A stretch of DNA of 64,000 bases from a virus (IMGVR_UViG_3300046507_000526:70193-134192); one strand, 5' to 3'. Counted from the first letter of the stretch, positions 34,540 to 44,514 are shown. Notes: a model not told the origin generated them from the sequence alone. Made by a program: numbers and translations.

Positions 34540-35378
34540 AGAAACTTCTTCTTATCGCACTGGTGTTCATGCTTGGTGCATGTACTCGTGTTGGTGCAGG
34601 CTTCGTAGGTGTTCAGGTTGACAACTACGGCAGCGACCGTGGCGTCCAGAACAAGGTCCTGGGTCCTGGCTCGTACTTCACGGGCTGGAATACTACCGTG
34701 TACGAGTATCCTACGTTCACGGAAAACTATGTGTACAGCAAGGCTCCGGAAGAAGGCCATCCGGCTGACGAGTCGATCACGTTCCAGGCAAAGGGCGGTG
34801 TTGCGATCAACGCTGACTTCGGTATTGCGTATCACATCAATCCGGATAACGCTCCGCTCGTGTTCCAGAAATATCACAAAGACCTGAATGGTATTACCGA
34901 CGGGCCTTTGCGTAATCTGATCCGGGATAGTCTGAACGAAGTCGCTGGTGGAATGTCTTTCGAAGACATCAGCAACAACATTCCAGAATTCATGACGAAA
35001 GTCAATCAAGAACTTTCGAAACGTGCAGCTCCGAATGGTTTGTCAGTGGAACTTCTTTCTAACGTCGGCGCGTTCCGCTGGCCTGAAGCGATCCAAGCTT
35101 CCATCAATGCACAGCAGCAAGCAAAGATGGATGCGATTACTTCGCAGAATCAATTGCAGAAAACGCAAGCTGACGCTGCAAAGCGTATCGCCAACTCGGA
35201 TGCAGATCTGAAGATTGCGACGAATGAAGCACAAGCTACGGCTATTCGTGGTCAGGCTCTGGCGAAGAATCCGGAAGTTCTTCAGCAAATGTGGATCGAG
35301 AAGTGGAATGGTCAACTGCCGGTGTATCAACTCGGCGGTGGGTCTTCGACACAGATTCAGCTCCCCGCTATTAAGTAA
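34536..35378 (+). CDS. SPFH (band-7/prohibitin-like) domain lipoprotein
   Basis: lipoprotein signal LIALVFMLGAC; SPFH-like core. Confidence 0.6.
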   Translation: MKKLLLIALVFMLGACTRVGAGFVGVQVDNYGSDRGVQNKVLGPGSYFTGWNTTVYEYPTFTENYVYSKAPEEGHPADESITFQAKGGVAINADFGIAYHINPDNAPLVFQKYHKDLNGITDGPLRNLIRDSLNEVAGGMSFEDISNNIPEFMTKVNQELSKRAAPNGLSVELLSNVGAFRWPEAIQASINAQQQAKMDAITSQNQLQKTQADAAKRIANSDADLKIATNEAQATAIRGQALAKNPEVLQQMWIEKWNGQLPVYQLGGGSSTQIQLPAIK

Positions 35379-35387
35379 GAGACTGTG

Positions 35388-35558
35388 ATGTTAGACTTTC
35401 TGATCTTCGCAGCTGGAAGCTTTGCAAAAGGGTCAATTGAGCACTATGAGAAGCTCACCCCTGAAGAACGTGAGGCTCTTAAAAAAGAGCTGAAGGAACT
35501 TAAGGAAAGTGCTGTGGAGAAAGGGAAGTCTTTAATCGACAAGTTCAAGGAGAAGTGA
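35388..35558 (+). CDS. hypothetical small protein (56 aa)
   Basis: ATG ORF below cutoff. Confidence 0.3.
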   Translation: MLDFLIFAAGSFAKGSIEHYEKLTPEEREALKKELKELKESAVEKGKSLIDKFKEK

Positions 35559-35559
35559 A

Positions 35560-35832
35560 ATGCATAAACTCATCGGTGGCATGATTGTTGGCGCAGCAAG
35601 CGCAGCTCTTCTTGCTGTAATAAGCGGGCTAGCAGTACTCGCAGGATTTCTTGCGTCGTTACTCATCGGCACGGTGGCATACTTTCTGTGGCACTGGGCA
35701 GCTCCGTTATACTTCGATTTTCTCCCAGTGAAGTATCTCGTGATTCCGTGGTTTCATGTCGTTCTTCTGACGTGGCTGTTCATGATCCTCGGAACCGTTT
35801 TGTTTCGGGATACAACAAGCTCGAAGTCCTGA
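35560..35832 (+). CDS. membrane protein
   Basis: 90 aa, three hydrophobic segments. Confidence 0.45.
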   Translation: MHKLIGGMIVGAASAALLAVISGLAVLAGFLASLLIGTVAYFLWHWAAPLYFDFLPVKYLVIPWFHVVLLTWLFMILGTVLFRDTTSSKS

Positions 35833-35853
35833 TTCAAATTTCCGCATGTGACT

Positions 35854-35862
35854 TGGTATAAG
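35854..35862 (+). promoter_or_regulatory. TGGTATAAG promoter motif
   Basis: conserved box. Confidence 0.4.
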
Positions 35863-36173
35863 AATATTACGGAACATACATAGTATTTTTATTATGTTTC
35901 GTAACCAACTTGTCAGGCATAACATGTTCCTTCCAAAATGCATTCGTGACCTTTTCAGGATCGACACAAACCCGGTTCTGTCAATAGACGAATCCAGTAT
36001 CCCTCAAGGTTGCAAGAAAGACCGCAGCAGAGTGATTCTGGATAACCAGACGGCATCCCCGGTCCTGGTCCACTACCGCAAGCGATATAAGGTAGTGGTA
36101 CAGCAAAAGTAGTACCTGTTTTTTCCCTCGTCAAAACTCGTTGAAGTTGTAATACTAAATGGAGAGTATCAAA

Positions 36174-36566
36174 ATGGCTGAAAACCGCCAAGCAAAGACC
36201 AACGCTCAAGGCAAAAAGTCCTTCGGCAACAAGGCGAATAGCAACGACAAAGAAATCGTTGTGAAAGACGGTCACAAGACCATTGTCACCAAGGGCGAAA
36301 AAGTGACGGTGTTCTGGAAAGGCATGGAAGTCACGGATTCGACGCACAGCCGTCCCCGTGTCGGAAAGACTTTGAAGGATCGTCTGGCCAATGCCCAACG
36401 CCGCAATGCCGATAACAAGGCTAGCCGCGCTCAGTGGCAGGGTGACAACCGCGCTTCGATCTCGAATTTCCCGTTCAATTCGTGCAACGGCAAGCGCAAC
36501 CGCACTGTTGTTACCGGCAAGGGTAACGAACGTGTGACGATCAGCTACAAGGCTAGCGGCAAGTAA
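36174..36566 (+). CDS. hypothetical basic (Lys/Arg/Asn-rich) protein
   Basis: GGAGAG RBS; followed by hairpin GCCAGGCAAAAGCCTGGC. Confidence 0.5.
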   Translation: MAENRQAKTNAQGKKSFGNKANSNDKEIVVKDGHKTIVTKGEKVTVFWKGMEVTDSTHSRPRVGKTLKDRLANAQRRNADNKASRAQWQGDNRASISNFPFNSCNGKRNRTVVTGKGNERVTISYKASGK

Positions 36567-36619
36567 CGTAGGGCCAGGCAAAAGCCTGGCTTCATAAATA
36601 AACCATACTGGAGTTGTAA

Positions 36620-36832
36620 ATGAAGAAAGTTTGGATCATTCGTGGCACGAACGGTGAACATCACCACGAGCAAAAGCAGGAACTGAAAAAAGTCCGTGAC
36701 CAACTGAACAAGGAAGCGGGTTTCGATCTGAACAAGGCAATCGCTGAGAACGGTGGAAACATCGGCAAAGCAACTGCTCTGATGCCCTTCAAAATCAAGA
36801 AGGGTCCAGATCATCCCCGTAGCGCTGTTTAA
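36620..36832 (+). CDS. hypothetical protein
   Basis: 70 aa ORF. Confidence 0.45.
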   Translation: MKKVWIIRGTNGEHHHEQKQELKKVRDQLNKEAGFDLNKAIAENGGNIGKATALMPFKIKKGPDHPRSAV

Positions 36833-36920
36833 GCGTCTGAAGTAAAACACTGCACTGGAACTAGCATTAGCTGGTTTCGGTGCATCTACCTTCTAATCCT
36901 TATTTTTTGTATGAGGCGGT

Positions 36921-37136
36921 ATGAATCAATGCGACGGATGTAGAGCCAAGATCCCTCTTAAGAAGACAGCCTTCGGAGGAGAACTTCACAAAGGTGACGA
37001 CTACAACAGCACATTCGGCTGTGATGCGTATCGTTACACAGAAGCTTTTAACGAGGAGTTTGAAAATGGATTTGAGCGAAGCACTGAAATTTGCAGAAGA
37101 ATGCAAGAAGAACGGAAACATCAGCACATCGGCTAA
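36921..37136 (+). CDS. hypothetical Cys-containing protein
   Basis: 71 aa; overlaps next ORF by 70 nt so end uncertain. Confidence 0.3.
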   Translation: MNQCDGCRAKIPLKKTAFGGELHKGDDYNSTFGCDAYRYTEAFNEEFENGFERSTEICRRMQEERKHQHIG

Positions 37137-37353
37137 GGCGGTTATCGCTCTAGCAGAAGCTTATGGAAAAGAGCGTGAACGATTTGCAAATCTCGACCGT
37201 TGGTTGAGCGCAAAGCCAGGTTGGTATGTGCATGACTATGCTGACGGCTGGATCTTTCACGATAACGAAAGCGATGCACGAATACTTGCCGCCGATATGG
37301 GTGGCGCAGCAATTAGAGAGGTAAAGGATGGAGTCTGTAGGCTCGTTGGGTGA
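37066..37353 (+). CDS. hypothetical protein
   Basis: GAGGAG RBS before internal ATG of ORF 36994. Confidence 0.4.
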   Translation: MDLSEALKFAEECKKNGNISTSAKAVIALAEAYGKERERFANLDRWLSAKPGWYVHDYADGWIFHDNESDARILAADMGGAAIREVKDGVCRLVG

Positions 37354-37699
37354 AGCTAACGGAGTTATTCTTCGATACGCTTTGCTTAAGACTGTGAACC
37401 GCCTGACTTTCGATATTATCGAACAGGCGGAATTCACACGGTATAGAGGTGAGGACGATGGTCCTTACTTCAAGTTTGTCGCATCAAATGGCTATGAGGT
37501 GTATTCCCGTAGCCGTATGGACATTCAGACGGAACGTCTTTGGCTTCTGGGAGCTAAAGAGCAGGACCGCTCTGGAAGCATGGTATTTTCCTCGAATGAT
37601 AAAAGAGATAAAGCTTATTCTGAATTCAAGACTGCCTTGAACGAATGGGCAGAAACGAATTTTGGAGTTGCACAAGATGTCAATGACGCTCGATCCTAA
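37328..37699 (+). CDS. hypothetical protein
   Basis: 123 aa ORF. Confidence 0.45.
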   Translation: MESVGSLGEANGVILRYALLKTVNRLTFDIIEQAEFTRYRGEDDGPYFKFVASNGYEVYSRSRMDIQTERLWLLGAKEQDRSGSMVFSSNDKRDKAYSEFKTALNEWAETNFGVAQDVNDARS

Positions 37700-38339
37700 A
37701 GATATCCGCCTGGACTCGTTTGGTCATCAGCATGGTGGTCAAAGAGTAGGTATGGATACAGGTGTTAGGGCTACCCACCTACCTAGTGGGATTTCAACTG
37801 AATGTAACGATGACCGCAGCCAGCATCGTAATAAAGAAAAAGCCTTAAAAGAATTGGCTGAGTTGGTTAATGTTTGGAGCGAAAGTCTAGTTCGGAAGGC
37901 TACTCTTTTTGAAGTTTTGGATTACGGTTGGGCCTGCGGGTTTGATATTAAGCAAACTCTAGATGATTGTAAAGATGCCGGATACGAGGTACCAGAGGGA
38001 TTTGTAAAACGATATTGGACTGGCTGGGACCAGCAAGCCGAAAAAGACCTGCAACACAGCGATGATGTAGCAGTCGACAAGTTCGCAGCGATGATGAAAG
38101 TGAAGCTTGCCAAGTCTCGTGAGAAGGGTCGTGGTGGCTGGGACGATCCGGAACAATGCAGCGTTGAATTCTTGGCCAAGCTTCTAGTCGAGCATGTGGC
38201 TAAAGGGGATCCCGTGGACGTTGCAAATCTAGCTATGATGTTGACACTGAGAGAAGCTACCTCTGAATCGCTTAAAAACGCATTTGCCGATGAAGCTATG
38301 AAGATGATGGAGCGAGAAGGCTGGTCTTCAGGTGGCTAA
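37677..38339 (+). CDS. GGQ-motif peptidyl-tRNA hydrolase domain protein (ArfB/ICT1/RF-1 domain-like) with extra C-terminal domain
   Basis: [45 protein letters not shown] matches release-factor GGQ catalytic domain; no codon-recognition domains. Confidence 0.75.
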   Translation: MSMTLDPKDIRLDSFGHQHGGQRVGMDTGVRATHLPSGISTECNDDRSQHRNKEKALKELAELVNVWSESLVRKATLFEVLDYGWACGFDIKQTLDDCKDAGYEVPEGFVKRYWTGWDQQAEKDLQHSDDVAVDKFAAMMKVKLAKSREKGRGGWDDPEQCSVEFLAKLLVEHVAKGDPVDVANLAMMLTLREATSESLKNAFADEAMKMMEREGWSSGG

Positions 38340-38355
38340 TTTAAAGGTTCATTTT

Positions 38356-38364
38356 TGGTATAAG
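38356..38364 (+). promoter_or_regulatory. TGGTATAAG promoter motif
   Basis: conserved box before paralog array. Confidence 0.4.
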
Positions 38365-38522
38365 AGAGTTGTATAAGAAGTAGCTTTTAATTCTGCATCT
38401 CTTTTTTGGCTGGTCAAAATGCGTCGTCGTAATACCCTCAAACTCGCAGGCTACGTAATGTCTATCGTAGTTGGACTTTCCTGCGTTCTACTAACAGCAA
38501 AGCTTGGAATAACGAGATAAAT

Positions 38523-38933
38523 ATGAATCCTGAGATCAAAGCCAAATGGGTAGCCGCTCTTCGTAGTGAAGAATACAAGCAAGGTAAGAAGGTTCTGAAT
38601 AACGGGGTTGGAAATTTCTGCTGCCTCGGCGTTCTTTGTGATTTATACGCAAAGGAAAATTCCGTGCAGTGGACGGATGTTTTAGGAGGCCACGAAGAAG
38701 AGACGCTTCAGGAATTTCTAGGAAACATAGCTGTACTTCCTGATGAGGTACAGAACTGGGCAGGTCTTTCAGGAAAAAACCCGTACGTTAAACATAATCG
38801 GAATCTGAATGAAGTGAACCAAGAGATCTATAAATTTGGACCTCTTGAGAAAGAGGAGAACCTGGTCACTCTTAACGACAGTGGGAAGTTCACCTTTAAC
38901 GATATTGCAGATCTTATCGAGGCACAATTATGA
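38523..38933 (+). CDS. paralog 1 of 4 (KWVAALRS...CCLGVLC family, unknown function)
   Basis: shares N-terminal motif and C-terminal F.F..IAD.IE with next three ORFs. Confidence 0.55.
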   Translation: MNPEIKAKWVAALRSEEYKQGKKVLNNGVGNFCCLGVLCDLYAKENSVQWTDVLGGHEEETLQEFLGNIAVLPDEVQNWAGLSGKNPYVKHNRNLNEVNQEIYKFGPLEKEENLVTLNDSGKFTFNDIADLIEAQL

Positions 38934-39349
38934 ACACCGAAATCAAAGCCAAATGGGTAGCTGCTCTTCGTAGTGGCAAGTATCGTCAGGCAAAGCACGT
39001 TCTCAAAGGTGACGACGGAATGTGTTGCCTGGGTGTGCTCTGTGACTTGTACATTCAGGAAACTGAGGGCAAGGAATGGAAGGAAAGACCTATTGACAAT
39101 ATAGATCCTACGACCTTCCAAAAGTATAAGGCTATCGGTACTTTCGGAGGAAGCGATGTAGTTCCTCCTGTGGAAGTGGTGAAATGGGCGAATCTTCCTA
39201 AAGAAAATCCCTACACGGGTATCACAACGTGGGGATCGGTTCTTTTTACGGCAAATCAAGATTTCGAGCAAAGCTATAGCCTCGCTGATCTCAATGATAA
39301 TGGTCTGACTTTCTCTCAGATCGCCGACGTTATTGAGTTTGTACTGTGA
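38930..39349 (+). CDS. paralog 2 of 4
   Basis: MNTEIKAKWVAALRSGKYRQ...CCLGVLCDLY; ATGA overlap. Confidence 0.55.
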   Translation: MNTEIKAKWVAALRSGKYRQAKHVLKGDDGMCCLGVLCDLYIQETEGKEWKERPIDNIDPTTFQKYKAIGTFGGSDVVPPVEVVKWANLPKENPYTGITTWGSVLFTANQDFEQSYSLADLNDNGLTFSQIADVIEFVL

Positions 39350-39702
39350 ATCCAGAAGTTAAAACCAAGTGGCTCGCTGCTCTTCGAAGCGGTGAGTTTG
39401 AGCAGGGTGCAGTGAGGCTCAAAACAGAAGTAAGGGACGGGACATCGAAGTTTTGTTGTCTAGGTGTTCTGTGTGAATTGCATGACAAAGAACATGGTTG
39501 CGAACAATCGTACGAAAGCATTTCAGGAGAATTGCCAGATCACGTAAGAGACTGGGCAGGACTTTCCGAAAACAATCCGTATATGAATCAACCTGTTTCG
39601 TTTGCTTATCCGAAAGAATGGAGAACCCATATTTCTGTTCTTAACGACATCAAGCAATTTTCTTTCAACCAACTAGCTGATCTTATTGAAGCACAACTGT
39701 AA
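39346..39702 (+). CDS. paralog 3 of 4
   Basis: MNPEVKTKWLAALRSGEFEQ...CCLGVLCELH. Confidence 0.55.
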   Translation: MNPEVKTKWLAALRSGEFEQGAVRLKTEVRDGTSKFCCLGVLCELHDKEHGCEQSYESISGELPDHVRDWAGLSENNPYMNQPVSFAYPKEWRTHISVLNDIKQFSFNQLADLIEAQL

Positions 39703-40070
39703 TGAAAAAGCGAATCAAAAACAAGTGGATCAAAGCGCTGCGTAGCGGTGATTATAAACAAACTGAGGGTGCTTTGCGGGCAGGCGATGCATTCTGCTGC
39801 CTCGGAGTTCTTTGTAATATCCATGCTCAGGAACATCCTGAAATTGCTGCGAAGGAAAAGAGTCCTCGATATTACATGGGCGCTCATGGATTGCTTCCCC
39901 CGGCAGTAGTTGAATGGGCGGGGCTTACAAATGTAGCCACCGAAGAGAATGGAGATCCTACGGACATCAAAGTAACCTACCGCGACAAAGAAACTACTCT
40001 CTCAAATCTTAATGACTCTGAGGAACTCAGTTTCAAGAAGATTGCAAAAGTTATTGAGCGCTGTTTGTAG
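39702..40070 (+). CDS. paralog 4 of 4
   Basis: MKKRIKNKWIKALRSGDYKQ...CCLGVLCNIH. Confidence 0.55.
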   Translation: MKKRIKNKWIKALRSGDYKQTEGALRAGDAFCCLGVLCNIHAQEHPEIAAKEKSPRYYMGAHGLLPPAVVEWAGLTNVATEENGDPTDIKVTYRDKETTLSNLNDSEELSFKKIAKVIERCL

Positions 40071-40098
40071 TCTGCGATTCAATTCTGTATATGCAGAT

Positions 40099-40107
40099 TG
40101 GTATAAG
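40099..40107 (+). promoter_or_regulatory. TGGTATAAG promoter motif
   Basis: conserved box. Confidence 0.4.
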
Positions 40108-40172
40108 CTAAATAGGAAGCAGTGTAATTTTATACAGTTTCCTTTTTTCAGCCTTTTTAAAAAAACAAAGAA

Positions 40173-40448
40173 ATGAAGAACTCGATTCTTGCCGTTGCAG
40201 CTATCGTCATCGCTACCACTCAGGCAGCATTCGGTGTTACTGTTTCGGCTCATGCCGTAGCCTCCGCTCATCCGGTTGCAGTCTCGCATTCTTCGAACAC
40301 TGCTCCGGTCCACGTTGTTGCAGTTCACGAGTCTGAAGCGCCTACGACGGCAGTACACGTCGTAAAACCGGCCCCGGTTGTAATGCCTATCGGTCACGTG
40401 TCTGCGGCAAGCCCTTCAAGCAGCGCTTCTGCTGTGAAGGGAAAGTAG
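40173..40448 (+). CDS. secreted His/Val/Ala-rich repeat protein
   Basis: signal peptide; repeats AHAVASAHPVAVSH, HVVAVHE, AVHVVKP. Confidence 0.5.
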   Translation: MKNSILAVAAIVIATTQAAFGVTVSAHAVASAHPVAVSHSSNTAPVHVVAVHESEAPTTAVHVVKPAPVVMPIGHVSAASPSSSASAVKGK

Positions 40449-40952
40449 TACTTCGTACCTTGCTGTACGCTTTGCGAGAAGGCGTGTTGTAACGATGACT
40501 GTCCCAGTGATCACGCGACGGTGTGAAAATCACCATAGACCCTCGTGGCCTTACTAACTGCAGCAATGCAGAGAAAGTCGCGTCGAGTAGTCCGAAGTTA
40601 AACGTTTGGATGTGGACAAAGATGTACAGTAGCCTACTCTGATACGAAGGCAATCTGTTCTATTGGCGACAGTAGAAGTCAATCCAGATAGGCTGTCACA
40701 GTCCGAGGAAAAGTGTGACTAGGTGTTTGGACCACCGAAACTAGACCGCGGAACCCCCGTAGTCCAGTACGGGTTTCCTCTTGAAGGGCTACTGTAGACC
40801 TTCCATTCTGGATGACGGAATGAAATGTGAGTACTTGATCGAAAGGTCGAGAGACAGGTGAATTAACACTGGCGAAGCATTTTAGAGGAATTCAACGCTT
40901 AAGCTTTGCGTGCTTGAGCAGAACTTAAACGTTGTGAATAAAGGAGAGAGAA

Positions 40953-41696
40953 ATGCAGACTTGTGGCGAATGCGCAAAGAACGTAGGCGGAACTTGCAAG
41001 GACACAAACACGAACGGGCTGAAACTGAATATGCCCGTAGATGACGATGATGGATCTTGTACTCCTGGTTTTGGTGGCTGGGAGGGATTCAAACCACGTG
41101 CAGTCGTCGAGGTCAAATCCGTCGGTAAACTCCTGAAAGAAAAGCTTTACGGTGAAACTTCACATCACCCGTATAGAGTTGTAGCAGAAGCATTTGAATC
41201 TGAAACCCTTCATAACAAGGAAACCGGCATCATGAGCAACGCAATCATTCGTTTGGCGGATTCGCAACTGAACAAGCAGATCGAAGACTTCGGCGGTCTG
41301 AGCCTCGACATCAAGGATGCCCTGGCTGACCTGCAAGCCCAGGAACGCAAGGAATCGGCTCAGGCTGCGGCGAAGGAAATCGTCGAAGTCCTGAAGCTGG
41401 CGAATTCCCAAATCGAGTATCAGGTCGGCTTCATCCGCGAGGCTCGTCGCCAGGAAGAGGCCGCGAAGAAAAAGATCGAAGCGGTCAATCGCGCCAAGGC
41501 TTACGGCCTCGAAACGAACAACTTCGTTCCGCTTGGCGTCGTCGTCGGCACGGTCTACCCGCATCAAGTCCACAACAAGGACCTGATCGAAGTGCCGAAG
41601 GACTGGGCTCCGAAGCCCAAACTTGATCTGCAAGCGAGCATTGCTAGCGGCCTCGCAGCTGATCGCCAGGGGTTGGAATTGGAAGGCAAGCTGTAA
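40953..41696 (+). CDS. hypothetical protein (Cys-rich N-terminus, coiled-coil middle)
   Basis: 247 aa, GC-rich codon usage. Confidence 0.5.
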   Translation: MQTCGECAKNVGGTCKDTNTNGLKLNMPVDDDDGSCTPGFGGWEGFKPRAVVEVKSVGKLLKEKLYGETSHHPYRVVAEAFESETLHNKETGIMSNAIIRLADSQLNKQIEDFGGLSLDIKDALADLQAQERKESAQAAAKEIVEVLKLANSQIEYQVGFIREARRQEEAAKKKIEAVNRAKAYGLETNNFVPLGVVVGTVYPHQVHNKDLIEVPKDWAPKPKLDLQASIASGLAADRQGLELEGKL

Positions 41697-42072
41697 AGTC
41701 AGCTAGGTAGTACCCTGTGTGACTCAGGGTCGGAGGGGGCGCTCTCACACGTCTCTTCCGCTACGCTTAATGACTTGTCTTACTGGTGCGAGTTACGTGT
41801 CCCGAAAGGGTTCTACTAGAAAGCCAGTATTTAAACTACTATTTGGATTAATTAACGGTGCTAGCTACCGGAACAAAGTAACTCTCGTCTATAACTAATT
41901 CGGCAAGAGTGAAAGCTTCAAATGAGAACTCATTGCAGACGGCTTGACCGCACGTAGTGAGAGCAAGGTTTCCTGGAGCAGTAAATGCACAGGAGCCTTG
42001 CAATGTAGTACCCGTTCTTCTTTTCCCGTTTCAAAAAACAACTCAACCAACCTGTTTCAAGGAAGCAAGAAA

Positions 42073-42840
42073 ATGCAAAACCTGTTCAACGCTAAGGGCC
42101 TGAATAAGCTGATTCGTAAGGTCGAAACGCTCGTGTGGGATCTGTCCAGTGGCAAGCTGGGCATTCAATCGCTCGACGGCATCATCACGCTGGAAACGGC
42201 TGGCGAAGGCTCGGCGCAAACCTTCAACGTGTCTCTCAACCCGTTCGACGCTTTCGCTCATCGCATTCCGGCCTACGCTGTGAACACGCCGAATGCAGAC
42301 ATCGAACTCGGCGACATCATCGTCGGTGCAAACGAAATCCTCGGCTGGGTTGTGAAGAAGAACCAGGCTTCGCTGGAGATCCTGAAGAAGGACGGTCAGA
42401 TCACGCGCTATTCGCCGGTGAAGACGCAAATCTTCGGCACGAACGGCTACATGGTCGTGAAGAATCTGTTCAATCTCCTCGGCACCGACGGCGCATCGAA
42501 CATGCAAAGCCAGCTTCTGCCGCTCATGATGATGGGCAGCGATTCGGGCATCGACATGGAATCGATTCTGCCGATGATGCTCATGCAGAGCCAGACTGGC
42601 CAAGGCGGCACGGGCATGAACCTGCAAGGCATCCTTCCGCTTCTGATGATGAAGGGCGGCATGGGTGGCGGCAAGAAGGACATGCTGATGATGCTGGCAA
42701 TGACCGGTGGCCTCGGTGGCGGTCAAGCCCAAGGCGGTCTGGGTGGCCTGCTTCCGCTGCTCATGATGGGCGGTCTCGACGACGAGCCTGAGGTCAAGCA
42801 ACAGCAGCCGCTGGTTCCGTCGCTGCGTCAAACGCGTTAA
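42073..42840 (+). CDS. hypothetical protein with Met/Gly/Leu-rich repetitive C-terminus
   Basis: AAGGAAG RBS then ATG; repeats LLPLMMMG, ILPMMLMQ, ILPLLMMKGGMGGG. Confidence 0.5.
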   Translation: MQNLFNAKGLNKLIRKVETLVWDLSSGKLGIQSLDGIITLETAGEGSAQTFNVSLNPFDAFAHRIPAYAVNTPNADIELGDIIVGANEILGWVVKKNQASLEILKKDGQITRYSPVKTQIFGTNGYMVVKNLFNLLGTDGASNMQSQLLPLMMMGSDSGIDMESILPMMLMQSQTGQGGTGMNLQGILPLLMMKGGMGGGKKDMLMMLAMTGGLGGGQAQGGLGGLLPLLMMGGLDDEPEVKQQQPLVPSLRQTR

Positions 42841-43015
42841 GCAACAAAACGACTGGGCTCACGAGGCCTAGTCTGTTTTGGAAAGGTCTTGAAGGCCTTT
42901 TCAAAGCAGTGTATAATTGCTTCTCTTTGGGGTTAAAGCTTTAAGGTGAAGCAACGGACTTTTAATCCGTAGAATAGGGGTCAGTACCCTGTAGCCCTAC
43001 CAATAATTTCTAATA

Positions 43016-43228
43016 GTGAGGTCCACCTTGGACGAAATCGTCGATAGCAATTCTTACTACCCGATTGAAATCCGGATGCACTCTGGCGAGATCAAAGTTT
43101 GTGCTACTCCTGAAGACGTTCCTTCCGGAGAAGCTTTCCGAGTTCTTCGTACGAAAGTGGAAACCTCCATCATTATCAACACCGGCATTGCTCACGTCTG
43201 GCCTTCCAGCATAGTCAGTGCCCCTTAA
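43016..43228 (+). CDS. hypothetical protein
   Basis: 70 aa ORF. Confidence 0.3.
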   Translation: MRSTLDEIVDSNSYYPIEIRMHSGEIKVCATPEDVPSGEAFRVLRTKVETSIIINTGIAHVWPSSIVSAP

Positions 43229-43240
43229 GGAAAAGAAGAA

Positions 43241-43639
43241 ATGATGACAAGTCGTGAACGTTCGGTTACGGTTGATCGTATTAAGCTGATCGAACAGCTG
43301 AAGCTCAATCTGGCTACACACAAAGCTGACTACGCTGAAGCAGTAGTCGGGTACAAGATTAAACTTGTGGCTGATCTGGAGGATAAGCTTTCAGCTGTCA
43401 AAATGCTTTCTGAAGAAAGGGTTCTTGACATTAAAGCAGTTCCCTTCAATCCTCCTCATAGCTACGAGAAGGAATACCTCGACGCTATCGAAATGCTTGA
43501 ATGGTCCACCGATGCGTCCATCACTCTCGACCAGGCTACGTTCAAGCAATACGTCCAGGACGAATGGAACTGGAAACAGTCGTTCGACGTGATGAACACA
43601 ACGTACAAGAGCTTCGCCGTGGGTGCTTCGTTGGGCTAA
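43241..43639 (+). CDS. hypothetical protein
   Basis: 132 aa ORF with AAGGAAAAGAAGAA RBS region. Confidence 0.45.
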   Translation: MMTSRERSVTVDRIKLIEQLKLNLATHKADYAEAVVGYKIKLVADLEDKLSAVKMLSEERVLDIKAVPFNPPHSYEKEYLDAIEMLEWSTDASITLDQATFKQYVQDEWNWKQSFDVMNTTYKSFAVGASLG

Positions 43640-43739
43640 CAAGTTTACAGAGCGGCTAAGCACAAGGTGTGTCGCCAGCCTTCCAAGCTGTGCAGAGTGG
43701 AATTCGATTTTCCCTAGCCGCTCCAACAGAATCTTTAAG

Positions 43740-43811
43740 AGGACCATAGGATAAAGGATAATCTCGCGGTCTTCTAAACCGCTCATCTGGGTTCAATTCC
43801 CGGTGGTCCTA
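43740..43811 (+). tRNA. tRNA-Arg(UCU)
   Basis: acceptor AGGACCA/TGGTCCT perfect 7 bp, anticodon stem GCGGT/ACCGC, loop CTTCTAA, T-arm CTGGGTTCAATTCCCGG. Confidence 0.7.
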
Positions 43812-43850
43812 CTAAAGTTTCTCCCTGGAGAATTAAATTGGAAACCAATC

Positions 43851-44009
43851 ATGAAACTCAGAGCAATCTTCCTGTTTGTGGTAACAATGATGACGATGGC
43901 AAGCTGCGCAATGGAGCCAGCCCACGTCCCGAATTACGCAAGGGCTTCAAACTCGCATGGTCTCTCAACGAAAACGAACCCGACCCCCTCGTCACGAATC
44001 CTTGAATGA
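43851..44009 (+). CDS. possible small lipoprotein
   Basis: LFVVTMMTMASC lipobox-like; alternative overlapping frame exists. Confidence 0.3.
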   Translation: MKLRAIFLFVVTMMTMASCAMEPAHVPNYARASNSHGLSTKTNPTPSSRILE

Positions 44010-44115
44010 AGTTCTTCTCGCCAAAGCCAAAGGCGGCGGTGAGCATAGGAATCGCAAGGATAAACGCACAACCAGAAAACAACTCGAAAAAGAGTTGCAG
44101 AAGGAGTTGGAGTAA

Positions 44116-44514
44116 ATGTGCAATCACGAATTACGTTCGTACGAGGAACTCAACGTAAAAAGAATCGTCTGTGTACAATGCGGGTGGGATACTTCTAGAG
44201 GAAAGTCTCTCAGGGCCTATACGTTGTTGAGTCATCATGAACGAATAAGACTTGGAATGAAAACTGAAATGAACAAGCAAGTTAAAGAGCTTAAGTTTGC
44301 TGATATCGGCTTTGCAGGCAAAGAAGAAACGCCTGTTCAGAAAGCGAATCGCCTCGGTGTTCCTTTGATCCCCAAGAAGGATCGTATCCCCTTCCAGGAA
44401 CCCAACCCCGTAATTGCAGTGTGTGGTCAATGCGGTCATGAGGTTCGCAGTATGGACCATCGTTCTTGTCCGCAAGGTGAATGTCCTTTCGGAAGTAACG
44501 TCACGCTGAACTGA
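44116..44514 (+). CDS. hypothetical zinc-ribbon protein
   Basis: CVQCGW...CGQCGHE...CPQGECP. Confidence 0.45.
   Translation: MCNHELRSYEELNVKRIVCVQCGWDTSRGKSLRAYTLLSHHERIRLGMKTEMNKQVKELKFADIGFAGKEETPVQKANRLGVPLIPKKDRIPFQEPNPVIAVCGQCGHEVRSMDHRSCPQGECPFGSNVTLN

Noticed and set aside
35955-36581. 208-aa minus-strand ORF
   Set aside because: It overlaps the plus-strand basic protein gene (36174-36566), which has an RBS and is followed by a terminator hairpin. The minus-strand product is compositionally random.
42043-42831. 262-aa minus-strand ORF and 218-aa alternative plus-frame ORF (42135-42791)
   Set aside because: Both are shadow ORFs inside the repetitive GC-rich Met/Gly-rich gene. Only the 42073 frame has an RBS and a non-repetitive N-terminal domain.
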